DNA of 64,000 nt. It comes from Pseudogymnoascus verrucosus. Lineage: Eukaryota. Location of the stretch: assembly GCA_001662655.1 (NCBI GenBank), contig KV460223.1; one strand, written 5' to 3'. Below, piece after piece: positions 37,764-49,600 of the stretch; the stretch's first letter is position 1; each line of letters starts with the position of its first letter. The notes beneath the pieces are model-generated. The model saw only the letters and a program-made list of their open reading frames with translations, made no database searches and had not been told where the DNA came from. The position numbers and the translations under genes are program-made.

Positions 37764-38681
37764 ATGGGTATGTTACCAATCTTCGCCTTCGTATGCAAGT
37801 GGGGATCATGAAGTTGTTCAGCGAAAGCTTTCCAGTTCGCCGCAAGGTGTTAATTGGGGATGCGACGCTCGACGACCTGATCTTTGCGAAGTACTTTTCC
37901 GCAGTCGAAAGACCGGATCTTACAAAGAGCATATTGAACATAGGCTGATGGGTGGTTTTTTCTAATAGGTATCGATCTCGACGCACACCATGTCCGCAGC
38001 ACGCACCGCAAGGCGCCCAAGTCTGACAACGTCTACTTGAAGCTGCTCGTCAAGCTGTACCGCTTCTTGGCCCGTAAGTTCACCCCTCACATTCATGCGC
38101 CATCTCCCAGAAGAAAAGGGAAAAAAACAGCCAGCTAACGCCACCAACCCCCCAGGCCGCACCGAGTCCTCCTTCAACAAGGTCGTCCTCCGCCGCCTCT
38201 TCATGTCGCGCATCAACCGCCCCCCCGTCTCCCTCTCCAGGATCGTCGCCAACGTCTCCGAGAAGTCCAACAACAAGACCGTCGTCATCATCGGCACCGT
38301 CACCGACGACAACCGTCTCCTGACCGTCCCCAAGCTCAGCGTTGCGGCCCTCCGCTTCACCGCCACTGCCCGCGCCCGCATCCTGGCCGCTGGTGGTGAG
38401 ATCCTCACCCTGGATCAGCTTGCTCTCCGTGCTCCTACCGGAAGCAACACCCTCCTCCTCCGTGGACCCAAGAACGCCCGTGAGGCTGTTAAGCACTTCG
38501 GCATGGGTCCTCACAAGCACAAGGTATGTTTTTTTCTCCGTTTTCTACACCTCTATTATCAGAGGGCGGTGGAATTGAAATATTCACTAACGCACCCCCG
38601 CAGAAACCCAAGGTCGAGTCCAAGGGCCGCAAGTTCGAGAAGGCTCGTGGACGTCGTGCGTCGAGAGGTTTCAAGGTCTAA
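37764..38681 (+). CDS. RPL18: 60S ribosomal protein eL18, 4 exons
   Basis: [36 protein letters not shown]...[20 protein letters not shown]. Introns 37768-37968, 38074-38155 and 38524-38603; strong C-ending codon bias. Confidence 0.97.
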
Positions 38682-39202
38682 GCGCATCGTCTTTTCTGAT
38701 GGTGACGTTTATCTTGAGTCTGGTGGAGGTGGTGGGATTACGGGCTGGGATTGGCGTGGGGGATTGCACTCTGGCGTCAATAGTTTGTGTCCGAGGGGGG
38801 TAGGAATAACAACCCTTCTTGCTTTTTGCTTGATGGGGCGAGTAGAAATGAAAATGAAAACTACAAGCTTACCTTCATCTATTCACCTTGCAATTCTGAT
38901 TTGTGATCTGTGAGCTGCTGTATCTGTAATCTAATCGTTCAAATCCACAAAACCTTACACCGCAAAAATGGTACGTTGAAAACCTTATATATAAGGCATC
39001 CATACATATCGATACCCATCTCCATCATCCATCTACCCAAATTTATATAACCCAGCATACATACATACATACACGCGCCTCACCACCACATCTCTCCGCG
39101 CGCATAAACCCCCACGAGCACTCACGACACCCTAAACTCACGGGATCAACGAAACCTCACATTACACCTCACCACCACACCACACACACAAAAACCGCCA
39201 AA

Positions 39203-39898
39203 ATGTCTTTAACAACAAACACAACCTTTGAATCTTTACCTTGTTCGTCTTTCCCCCTCTCACCCTCCTACCACACCCCCACTCCCCCTTTCCCCCCTAA
39301 ACACCACTGTCTATAACCCAGCTAACCCCCCACAACAGATATAGACACCCCCCCCTCCCCCAGCGCCCTCACCAGCGCCCGCGAATTAATCTCCTCCTCC
39401 CTCCCGGTCCCGTTACCAGAATCCCACCCACGCCTCCCGCCCTGTCCCGCGCTCGAAGGTTTCGACCCCTCCTCCAGCGCGCCGAAGAAGATGTCCGCTA
39501 TCGATATGTCCCGGTACGAAGCTTTGGATGCGCCGGGGGCTGGGAGTTCAGTAGAGGAGATCGAGGATGCTGTTAGGAAAGCCGGTGTTACGAGTACCTA
39601 CTTGAGACTCAGAGTGAGGGGGTTGGAGAACCTGGAAAATGGAGCAAAGGGGAAGGAGGACTGGCTTGCTGGGAACGCGCAGACGGCGGAGGTGTTAGAG
39701 GGTGTGGAGAGAGAACTAGCAGAGACGAAAGAGGAGATTGAGAGGGTTGTCTCAGAGAGGAGGAATAGACAAGAAGCCGTTGGGGCGGAGATGGAAGTTC
39801 TTGAAAAGACGTGGAGGGGGGGTGTGGGGAGGGTAGTGGAGACGGGTGTTGCTGCTGAGGGGTTGAGGAGGGAACGTCTTGAGGTTCTGGGGGCGTGA
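39203..39898 (+). CDS. SPF27: Pre-mRNA splicing factor SPF27/BCAS2 (Cwf7), 2 exons
   Basis: Intron 39243-39338 yields ESLPYID; also AIDMSRYE, NLE..GKEDWL.GN and a coiled-coil C-terminus. Confidence 0.85.
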
Positions 39899-40649
39899 TC
39901 TTAGGGGGTTTGGTGAAGAAAGGTAGGGGGATGAGGGGTGTTAATTCCGATAGGGGGTTGGTTGTTGGGTGGAGTTTTGGGCGTTTTCTTGGGATGGGGG
40001 GGGGAGGGGATGCATGGGAACGGAGGGATTGGGGGTCTATATCCAAGTGAGGGTGGGAGTGGGAAGGGGACTCTGTATACTATATCAGCTATATTGATGG
40101 GCTGGAGGGGCTGTGCTAACGGAGCTAGAGCAAGAGCCAGAATGGGGAAGGGGGTCGTTGTGTATTACTCGACCAGTGTGTGTGTGTGTCGATGTAGGAA
40201 ATACGGGGTGTGCGGATACAAAAAGCACATGACATACACATGACACCCACCTCCCCCACAAACACGCTCACAAATACATGAACCGAACTACATAAATGTA
40301 ACATAATCAATTAAACTTTCTCTCGAAATCTCGCTCCTCTATGACCCCCTCTCTCCTTTCATCTTCATCTCATCTCACCCCACCTCATCCTTTGCCCCCC
40401 CCCCCGGGTTTTCTCCCGCGAGAGATGATAGCACACTCACCCATCAAGAGTAGAAGTATCCGCCTCCCATCATCCCCCGTGACACACTCTCTGCACAGCA
40501 CCGAATCTACAGCGCCGTCTTCTTCACCTCACACCCCCCTAACGCCATGTAAAGCACCCCAACACACCCCCCCCCTCACCACGTTGCCTCAACACATGAA
40601 AACAAAAAAACACAAAACAAAAACACACTACCTCACCTCACCACCCCCC

Positions 40650-41988
40650 CTACTCCCTAGTCAACGGATCCACAGACTCAACACCCACATACCGCTCCCT
40701 CCTCATAATCCCCTCCACGGGCCCCAGGAGCCGCTGAAACCCATCCTTCCCCAACGTCGCGACCTTGACATCCGTATCACACACCACACTCGCCGCTCTC
40801 GGGGCCTTATTGAGGAGTGCAAGTTCGCCAAAGTAGTCGCCCTTGCGGTAATTCTTGACTGGTTCATCCAGATCCTTCTTATACGCGCTCGCCTCTCCAT
40901 CCTCCAAAAGGTAGAACGCCTCCCCCGCATCCCCCTCTTTGATAATCGTAGACCCAGCCGCATACTTACAACTCTCCAGCGCATCCGCGATTTTAGACCT
41001 CTCATAATCATTCAAAGACGACAACAACGGCACTTCAGCGAGGAACTTCTCATACATCCTCCGTCTCGTAAACGTATAATCCATCAGAATCCTCCTGAAC
41101 GTGACCCGATCAAGCGCCCAGAGAACGCAGTCGTTAGTGGCGGAGATGACGGTCGCGTTGCGCGGGGCGCCGTACATCAAGGCCAGCTCGCCGAAGGTGC
41201 CGCCGACGGTTATGGTTGCGACTTTGGTGCCGAGGCCGGAGGGGCCGGGTTGGAGGGACCCGCTGGGGTGGATGTAGATGTCGAAGGAGCCGGATTCGAC
41301 GATGTAGAAGTAGTCGCCTTGGTCGCCTTGGGAGATTACCTGGGGGGGGGTTGTCAGTAAGAATTTTGGCAGATCGTATGGTACTAAGGGTTGCTGGGGC
41401 AAATGGGGACGGAAGGGTGAGGGGGAGGGGGGGAAGTGGGAGAAGGGGCAAAGCGGGAGAAGTGTGGACGTCTAGACTCACCTTAATATTCTTAGCTGGA
41501 ATCGGCTTCTCCACCAACGCCCCAATAATCATGCGACTCTGCTCATCATCCAACGCCCTAAACAGCGTATGCGCCCCAATCGCCGCCCTCAGCCTCGCCA
41601 GCTGCTCATCCGTCTTCTTATAAAACGGCGGCGTCCACTTATCGCTCGCCGAGTCCGTCGGGTTCATCGACTCCGCCGACACCGACGTGCGTCTCCCCAT
41701 CCCGTAGTTGGAGGGGAAGCCGTCGGATGAGGGTTTGAAGGAGGAAGGCGGGCCGCTGCTGTCGGACGTGCCATCCGTGCCGAAGGGGTCGGTGGTGGTG
41801 CCGGTCGTCTTGGTGGTGGAGGGGAAGGTGCCGGTGGTGGGGCTGGCGACGGCGTCTCCTTCTTCTTCTTCTTCGACTACTTGGTTGATGGGGCGTGTGG
41901 GGAGGGTCTCGGTGCCGCTCTGGGGGGCAGAGGGGGCGTCGCTGAAGGGGTTCGAGCCGTGGCGGCCGGGGAAGGTGTGGCCTGGCAT
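40650..41988 (-). CDS. pkaR: cAMP-dependent protein kinase regulatory subunit, 2 exons
   Basis: Inhibitor site RRTSVSAE and two cNMP phosphate-binding cassettes (FGELALMYGAPRNAT, FGELALLNKAPRAAS). Intron 41481-41340. Confidence 0.96.
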
Positions 41989-43149
41989 TTTGTCGCTAGG
42001 TCTTGGGGAGAGAGTGTGTGTGTGTGTTGTGGAGTAGTAGTGGTGGTTGTGGTGGTTAAAGAGCGAGGTGATTTCCCTTTAAATAAGGCCCGGTGGGTGG
42101 TGATTCAATGGGGCCCGGTTCGTATGAAATGTCTCGGAAAAGCACAGATCCTCAGGTGGCGCCTTGAGGATTGCTCTCTTGTTTTTTTTTGTTTTTTTTT
42201 GGAAGGGTTGATGGGGGAAGAGGGAGGTGAGGGGTGAGTGAGCTGGTTGTGCCGATCTTGCGACTTAAGCGTAATTGCGAGGTCTCAGAAGGGCGTTGTG
42301 GGTGTGTTTGTGAAGAAGTGTCACAGTGGTGGTGAGTAGAGTCGACTACTGTTTGTCGATTGGGGTTTTTGTAGTGAGAGGGTTGTTGTCTGATTCTGAA
42401 GGGGGGAGAGGGTTAGCTATGGCAAACAAATGACGTGTGGGACGGGAAGCTAGCTAAGTAGGTAGGTAACAAAGCAAGCATGAACGAACGGAACGAACGT
42501 ACATCTGTGAGAGGGTTTGTCTCGGGTGTCACAGTTCAGAGTTCGGCAATCGACAGTCGACAGGTAGGAACAAAGATTGTTGTTTTATTAGAGTTGTTGT
42601 TGTGTGTTTCGGAAGATATTTTGTTGCTTTTTGTGTGTAGAGTTTGAAGGGATGGTTGGTGGTGGGTGGGATTGTTGTGTGTGTGGTGGTGGCGTAGTAG
42701 TAGCAGTAGTTTAGTTGGTGTTTAGTTGGTTGAATGGAAGAGAGAATGATGTTCACGGGGTGGTAGTAGAGATAGTGGTATGAGGGAAGAAGAGGAGGGG
42801 AGAGGATTGTGTGTGGTTTGATTTGAGAGGAGGGGGGTTGTTGGATTGTATGGGTGAGCGGGGAGGGGGGGGTTGATTTTGGGGATTAGTGGGTTTGTGT
42901 GGGTGTGTGGTTGGGCGTTGCTTCCAGAAGCATAATGGAAACGGCCGTGTGTGGATTAGACGGGCCACAGAGACACGGGACACAGACCACTAGATGGTCT
43001 TTTGCTAGGTGGGAAGGGTGGGAAGGGCAGGCAGCGGGAATATGGTCTGTGCTGGCTGGGGGGGTTTGTGTGGGTGTGGGTGCGGGTGTCTGTGTGGGAG
43101 TTTGTGTGGGTGTTTGTGGGTGTATGTGACCTCCCATGTCTGTACGTGC

Positions 43150-43830
43150 TTCATACATACATACATACATACAGCCGAACAAGCTTGTTCACGCATATAA
43201 ACGCATATAAGTAGCTTCTATAGTATGATTGTAGTATAGCTGTGGTATAACTGTAGTATAAGTGTAGTATAACTACAGCATACAGCTTATACACAGTCAG
43301 AGCTTGGATACATTAGACACAACCTGTGTACTATTGCATACATGTCCCGCATAGATGTTCCGCAGAGATGTACCGTGCCGTGCTTGTCTGCTATGCTATG
43401 CTATGCTATGCTATGTATGCTATGCTGTCGAATATGCAGGGTGCAACAACGAGTGGGGTACAACACACAAGAGATGATACAAGAGGTGGTATCAGCGGTA
43501 CAATCGACCATACAAGGGAAGCTGACACGATACTTTCCGATCTGTGGAGCATTGCCCAGGTTAAAGCTATCGATGATGTATATACATCATATAGTAGAGT
43601 AGAGTAGAGTACTATGTGCTAACTTGCTAAGCGTAGATGAAGAGTAAGAGCAGAGTAGTAGAAGTAGAAGTAGTAGAAGTAGAGTCGTAGAGTAGAGTAA
43701 GCAGAGTAAGCAGAGTAAGCAGAGTACTCTGGAGTAAGTAGAGTAGTAGAGTAGAGTAGTAGAATGGTAGAGTGGTAGAGTGGTAGAATGGTAGAGTGGT
43801 AGAATGGTAGAGTGGTAGAGTGGTAGAGCA
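43150..43830. repeat. Compound microsatellite block: (TACA)n, (TATGC)n, (GTAGA)n, (CAGAGTAAG)3, (RTGGTAGA)n
   Basis: Directly visible tandem arrays near 43153-43172, 43391-43426 and 43592-43828. Confidence 0.9.
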
Positions 43831-44182
43831 GTAGACAACCATAGTATGGTACTTCACACCTCTATGATGTATGATGTATGATGTCTATACTACCACAATA
43901 CTCCCATCAGACTAACTCCCTTTACTAACCCTCTTTACTCAATTTGACTCCTGGTGACTTAATCCCCTCCTACCTTCACTCTGCTGTTTCCTCTGTCACT
44001 CCCGCCTCTTAAAGGGTCTACTAGGAGTCTACCAAGAGTCCATCAAGGGAGTCTCTTGTCTGAGTGGCCAACTACTGTCCTACTACTATCCTACCAATAT
44101 CACGACTATCCTCCTATCACCTCACTACCACCTCACTACTACCATTTCATACGAGAAAACCCTTGATAGTAGTTGATAGAAG

Positions 44183-44254
44183 GCCTCTAGAACAAAGGAG
44201 CCCTCTAGAACGAAAGAGGCCTATAGAACGAAAGAGCCCTCTAGAACGAAAGAG
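44183..44254. repeat. 18-bp minisatellite x4 (CCTCTAGAACGAAAGAGS)
   Basis: cctctagaacaaaggagc cctctagaacgaaagagg cctatagaacgaaagagc cctctagaacgaaagagc. Confidence 0.85.
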
Positions 44255-45363
44255 CTGCTCTCTCTACTACCACGGTACACTAAAATGACGAGCCACGGGA
44301 CAACAACGACGACACAACACGTACCTTACCCTCGTCCTGTCTGCTGAGGGGTACATCATTTATTACCCAGTAGACTGCGATTAATCTAGCTATACTAGAG
44401 TGTATGCACCACCAGCTCAGGGCGTGCGTATAGAATGTTCCATCGGCTCTCTCTAGGACCAGGACCTTCTGTTGTTCCGTACGTCAACAATCTCTGTACC
44501 CACTAACCGTGCTATCCTATCCCACACCATGCCACCTATATGGTCTATACAGTCTATATGGTCCAAACTGTCTTATAGTCCATACACTTCATACACTCCA
44601 TAAACTCATACACTCATACACTCTATACACTCCATAAGCGCTCTTTTCCTCTAAAGACATTATCAATCCCACATGCACCCTTAATCCGCGTCACTATCTC
44701 ACCCCATATCGCGGTCCACGACGCGTAGGACATCGGGTGAGACAGAAACATGGTACATGCACGATACCCCTCATCGCGCCCTCTATCGCGCCTTATCATA
44801 AGTACTGGACCGTAGACTCACCTCACCCTCCCATTTTCCCAGTCTCCCTCTAACTCCATCTCAGTCTGCCATTGCCACCTGCTGCTACAATTTATATGAA
44901 AGGGCACCATACAGTGCTGCCTATTACTCTAAAAAAAGAGAGAAAAGGAGTCCTTATCCTACTCTCCCTACTTACGACGATTAACCACCACCAACTGTCT
45001 CCGCCTCATCCATCCCAGTGCCTTGATTTCTCTCCCCATCTATTTTTTTTCACTCCCAACGCCAATCTACCCAACGCCACCCACTCTCCCACGCCTGGCC
45101 AGCCCATCAGCCACCCACCCACCTACCACCACCTACCACCACCAAACCACCACCAGCTGCCTACCCAGTACTACCAACACCAACAACACTTACCAACCTT
45201 GCAGTACTACTCTGCCACCTTCTTCCCATCATCGATTCCATCCTTCCTCTCCCATAAAGCTCCCAATCCCTCAAATTCATCCCTCCCACGCGTCCCCCAA
45301 CTACAGCGATATCCATATCGATCAAACCACACGAGCATCATCTATCCCCCCCCCGTCCTCACC

Positions 45364-48357
45364 ATGGGAACCTTCGTTTTCAAGTGGTAAGCTCGTCCCT
45401 ATCTTCCCGCTGCTCCCCCCGCCGAGGGTCGCGAACAGCTTCAGTTTTTTCGCTCCCAAATTCGCCACCCGCAGAAAGAAAGGAAATTCCGCAGTTTCCC
45501 CAGCTGCAATTAGCTCTGGAAGTCAACTTCTAACTCGATTTCTTCGCATAGGGAGCACCCGGCCTCCGAGGTTATCGTCACAGGCACATTCGACAACTGG
45601 GCGCAGACCGAGAAGCTACACAAGAAGGGCGACATCTTCGAGAAGGAGGTTACGCTGCCCAGCGCGGCAGAGAAGATATACTACAAGGTGAGAACAGCGC
45701 AATTCCAGCTCTTTGCGACACATCAGGCGCAAAAACAACAAGACAAGAGATCGCGCCTCTGCTTCAGGTAGTTTTTGAAAGCTACGGAATCGCAAAAAGC
45801 CACAGTCTACTATACTACTACGGTCCGGCCGGCAAAGCTGGCACAAGCTTACCAACCGGGAACCGCGCAAGTAACTGTACTGTACGTATGCAATTGTACA
45901 TACATACAGCCTTTCTTCGCGGAATTACGGTGGCTAAGAAGTATTTGCGCACACGCATGCCTGCCGGCCGCCTTGGTACGCTGAACAAGGGCCTTTTTGT
46001 CTCGGCGTTTTGGCGCAAAACTACATACTCTAGTGTGTATGTATGACGTATTCCGCCCCCAATGCGCGCGCATTCTGCAATGCCCAGAATTGACCCGCGA
46101 TAACAAGCCAGCGGGGTCGCGGTCCAAAGAAAAGACAGCTTCTGGGGAAATTCCGTCCTGCCAAATCCGATGATCGCGATCGCATTTGGCTACCGCCGTA
46201 CTGGTGGGGTTCCCAGTCCAGTCCATGTCCGGTCAGCTGGCTGGGTGGGCGATGCGCCGTCCCTGGTGAGGGGTGCAACCGAAGCCAACCAAGGCGTCAT
46301 GCCAATGCAGGCCTTCCTCCATGGATCGCCTAATGCTCCCTTAGCTCCCATTGACCGCCTCGACCCCTCATTCTTACTGTACCCTTATCCTCCTCGCCCC
46401 AGCCACCATTGTTTCTCACCAAAAGCACCTCATTGACTCACTCATTGCTTTGCTCGAGAATCATAAATACTGATATTTCTACCTTCTACAGTTCTTAGTC
46501 GACGGCAACTGGGTGACCGACCACACAGCGCCGCAAGAGAAAGATAACCTGGGCAACCTCAACAACTACCTCACCACCGACCGCATCAAGACACACACCC
46601 ACACTCCCGCCGCAGCCGCACTCATGTCCGGCGTCACCCCCAACTCCACCACCGCCGCCCTGGCGAAGGACGTGCCAAAAGAGAACGGCAGCTCCAGCGC
46701 CCTCCCCGGCGCTTTCCCCGAAACCCCCGCCACAGAACCAGAGAGCTTCTCCGTGAACCCCATCCCCGCCTCCGCCGGCAACGGCAACCCCATCACACTC
46801 GCGCCCGGCCAGGCTGTCCCCCACCCGAGCACCATCAACGGCAACACCATCGCCTCGGGTGTCCACGACGACGAGGAGCTCAAGGCAGCCGACCTGGCCA
46901 AGGGGCCAACTTACAGCGTGAACCCCATCCCCGCCACCGCCGGCGGCGGTAACCCCATCACCCTCGCCCCCGGCGAGCCCGTCCCCAACCCAAGCACGAT
47001 CACTGGCAACACCATCGCCTCAACCGTCAGGACAGACAAGGAGTCCTACGAGAACAGCGGCGGTCTCGGAACCGCGCCGTTCCTGCCCCCAGTCGTCACT
47101 CCCGAGGCTGAGCGCAACGCAAAGGGAACTGGTGTCCTCGACCTCCCCTCCGTATCCAAGGGCGGTCTCATCCCCGAGTCCAGCCTCGCAATGGGCGAGG
47201 GCGGCGCAGGAAATTACGACGCTAGCCCGATCATCCAATCTGTCGGCCCTGGCGCAACCACTGCTGCCTTAGCCGGCGCCGTGCCCCTCGAGAAAGACAT
47301 CAAGGGTAAAGAAGCCGCGACCATCCAATCCGTCGGCCCCGGCGCCACCACCGCCGCGCTAGCCGGCGCCGTCCCCCTCGAGAAGACAGGAAGCAGCGTC
47401 CCCGACCTCGTCAAGGAGAGCCAGGAAGCCGCACACTTCCCCCCCGAGGCTAGCGCCGTCCCCGAAGAAGTCGAGGAAAAGAAGGAGGTCGAGCGCGAAC
47501 TTCTCTCCGGCGTCCCGCTCGCCCCCGTCACCTCCGACGGCACGACCAAGGAGTCCCACGACGCCGCCAAGTTCGGCGCTGGCGCCGCGGCGGCTGTGGC
47601 TGTTGGTGGTGCTGCGTTCGCGGTGGGGGCCGCGGCGAAGGGGAAGGTCTCGGAGGCTGTGGCGAATGCGCCGAATCCGAGCGAGGTGTCGAAATCGATC
47701 CCGATCCCTGATTCGATTCGTGAGTCCATCTCGAATATCAATGAGACTGCTAAGCGTCAGTCTGTAGCTGGCATCCCGGCTGAGTCGGATGTGGTGCCGG
47801 AGACGGTGCGTCAGTCGATTAGTGCTGCCCATGAGAGCCCCGAGGCGGCGGCGTATCAGGTTCCGGTTATGGAGAAGAAGGAGGTTGAGAGCGAGTTGCT
47901 GAGGGAGGTGCCGACGGATGTTTCGAAGGGGGAGAGTGCGCCTTCGTCTGCTGCGGGCGGGGCTGTCGCTACTGCTGCGCCGGTCCTCGCGTCCCCTGCT
48001 GTGGTGGCTGCGGTGACGGAGGAGGAGGTGGGCAGGCAGGCGGAGCTACCAAAGGAGTCGGTGGTGAGCGATTTGAGTGATGTTTCGCCTGGCACGAGTG
48101 AGCCGGTTGAGAAGCAGACGAGCCCCGTTGTTACTACTGGTGTAGCGAGCGGTGTTGTGCCCGCGACGTCGGTTGGTGCTGCGGCTGTGGCGCCGCCGAC
48201 CCCGGCGAAGGATTCTACGGCTGGGGTGGCGGCGACGAAGGCGGCTGCTGCTGGGAGCTCGAGTGGGAGCCCGGCTGCGGCGCTGGCGAAGGAGCAGCAG
48301 CAGAAGAAGAGGAGGAGCTTTTTTGGGAAGTTGAAGGATAAGTTGAAGGATTTGTAG
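45364..48357 (+). CDS. CRP1/MDG1-like protein: N-terminal AMPK-beta-type carbohydrate-binding module plus low-complexity repeats, 3 exons
   Basis: Spliced N-terminus MGTFVFKWEHPASEVIVTGTFDNWAQTEKL..KIYYKFLVDGNWVTDHTAPQEKDNLGNLNNYL. Introns 45387-45551 and 45688-46491. Paired internal repeats (SVNPIPA.AG.GNPITLAPG x2; IQSVGPGATTAALAGAVPLEK x2); basic amphipathic tail KKRRSFFGKLKDKL. Confidence 0.88.
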
Positions 48358-48860
48358 ATGGGTGGTTGTGTGGTTGTGTGGGTGCATGGTGGATGGATGG
48401 TTGGGGGGGATGCATGGTGGTTGGCTAGTTGGCTAGGGTTGGGGGGAGTGGTTGTATAATAATCGGATTTCCCGGTAGGGGAAGAGAGAGGGAGAGGGTC
48501 GTTGGAATTGGAATTGGATCAGGCGGTCGTCTTTGTGTTTTTTTGTTTGTTCGTTAGGCTCTTAGGCTCGCTCATTCTTCGGGGGGTTTTATCATATCAT
48601 TTTGGTCGTTGTCCATTCCATCCGTGCTGTGCTGGTCTCCTTTTTTTTTTTTGTCGTTTGCTCGACTATGCTTGTGCTTTGTGCTTGTTTTTGATCATGG
48701 TAGCTCGGGGCGGGTGGTGTAGCTGAGTTGAGCTGAGCTGAAGTGAGGTGGATGGACGGACGGGACGTAGATGGGGGCCATTTTTGGGACATGCATCGAT
48801 CGGTGAGGAGGAGACTGGGTTAGTTAGATTATTTATACTACCACCTTTTCTCGGGTTTCT

Positions 48861-49600
48861 TTAAATCTGTGTCTCGGTCTTCTCGCGCTCGGCTTTTAAA
48901 TCCCGAACCACTTCCTCGTACTCCTGTACATTCAACCCCCCAGCCGACCAGAGGAGGAGGGCTTGGATGCTCGTGTGATGTTCCCCTTTAGTCTCTTCTC
49001 CATCACTCCCTCCCTCCTTCCCGCCCCTTCTCCGACTTCCTCTTTCTCCTCGCCCTGTAGGTGGGGCAGCAGAGGTGGGGGGAGCGGAGGGAGCGGATTG
49101 CTGCGAGGTGATGTATCCGATCACGTTCACCCATTCCCCGATCGCAGTCACGGGGGGTGGGGTGGAGGAGAGGAGGAGGGAGAGATCGATTTGTGCTGTG
49201 TGGTTGTGGGGGGTGGTGGCTGTGGAGGTGGAGGAGTGAGGGGAGGGGGAATGAGGAGGGTGCAGGGTGAGGATGGCGGTGGTGGTGTTGTAGTTTGTTA
49301 TACTGGTTGAGGGGGTTAGCTTTCTTGGAAATTTGAAGTTCGATAGTGGAAATTGAAGTGTAGAGCAAGATTATATATCTCTTTTTATCTCTTCTTTTGT
49401 GGTGTAAAGTGTGTATCATAATGAGAGGTTTGGGTTTGGAGGGTAATCGACGGAATAAATAAATATGAATTTAATTATCAAGAAAACAAGTATAAATATA
49501 AAACTCACCACCCAAGCACCCTAACCTTCTCACCCACCCCCCTCTCCCATAAATCAGAAAGCGCACATAACCGCGCCGGAGGAGGTCCCGAATTCGCCAT
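48861..49600 (-). CDS. TEN1: Telomere-capping CST subunit Ten1 (OB fold), 2 exons
   Basis: Exon 49600-49509, intron 49508-49303, exon 49302-48861. Product has GEKVRVLGCITNYNTTTAILTL..IDLSLLL..IGEWVNVIGYI..IQALLLWSAG.LNVQEYE. Confidence 0.82.

Noticed and set aside
37800..37950. Box C/D snoRNA in RPL18 intron 1
   Set aside because: CTGA words are present but there is no proper RTGATGA C box, and the distal CTGA coincides with the probable branch site.
40341..41360. 339-aa + strand ORF and many other short overlapping ORFs in the track
   Set aside because: They are antisense or alternative-frame shadows of recognised genes, or translations of microsatellites, with no domain-like content.
43590..44254. 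CRISPR-like or transposon-derived repeat arrays
   Set aside because: These are head-to-tail tandem repeats without unique spacers, terminal inverted repeats or transposase/RT remnants, in a eukaryotic context.
46140..46330. RNase P RNA-like words in the long intron (GGGAAATTC, GTGCAA)
   Set aside because: There is no convincing CR-V partner for the P4 pseudoknot, no clear CR-II/CR-III, and the spacing is too short. A cmscan run would settle it.
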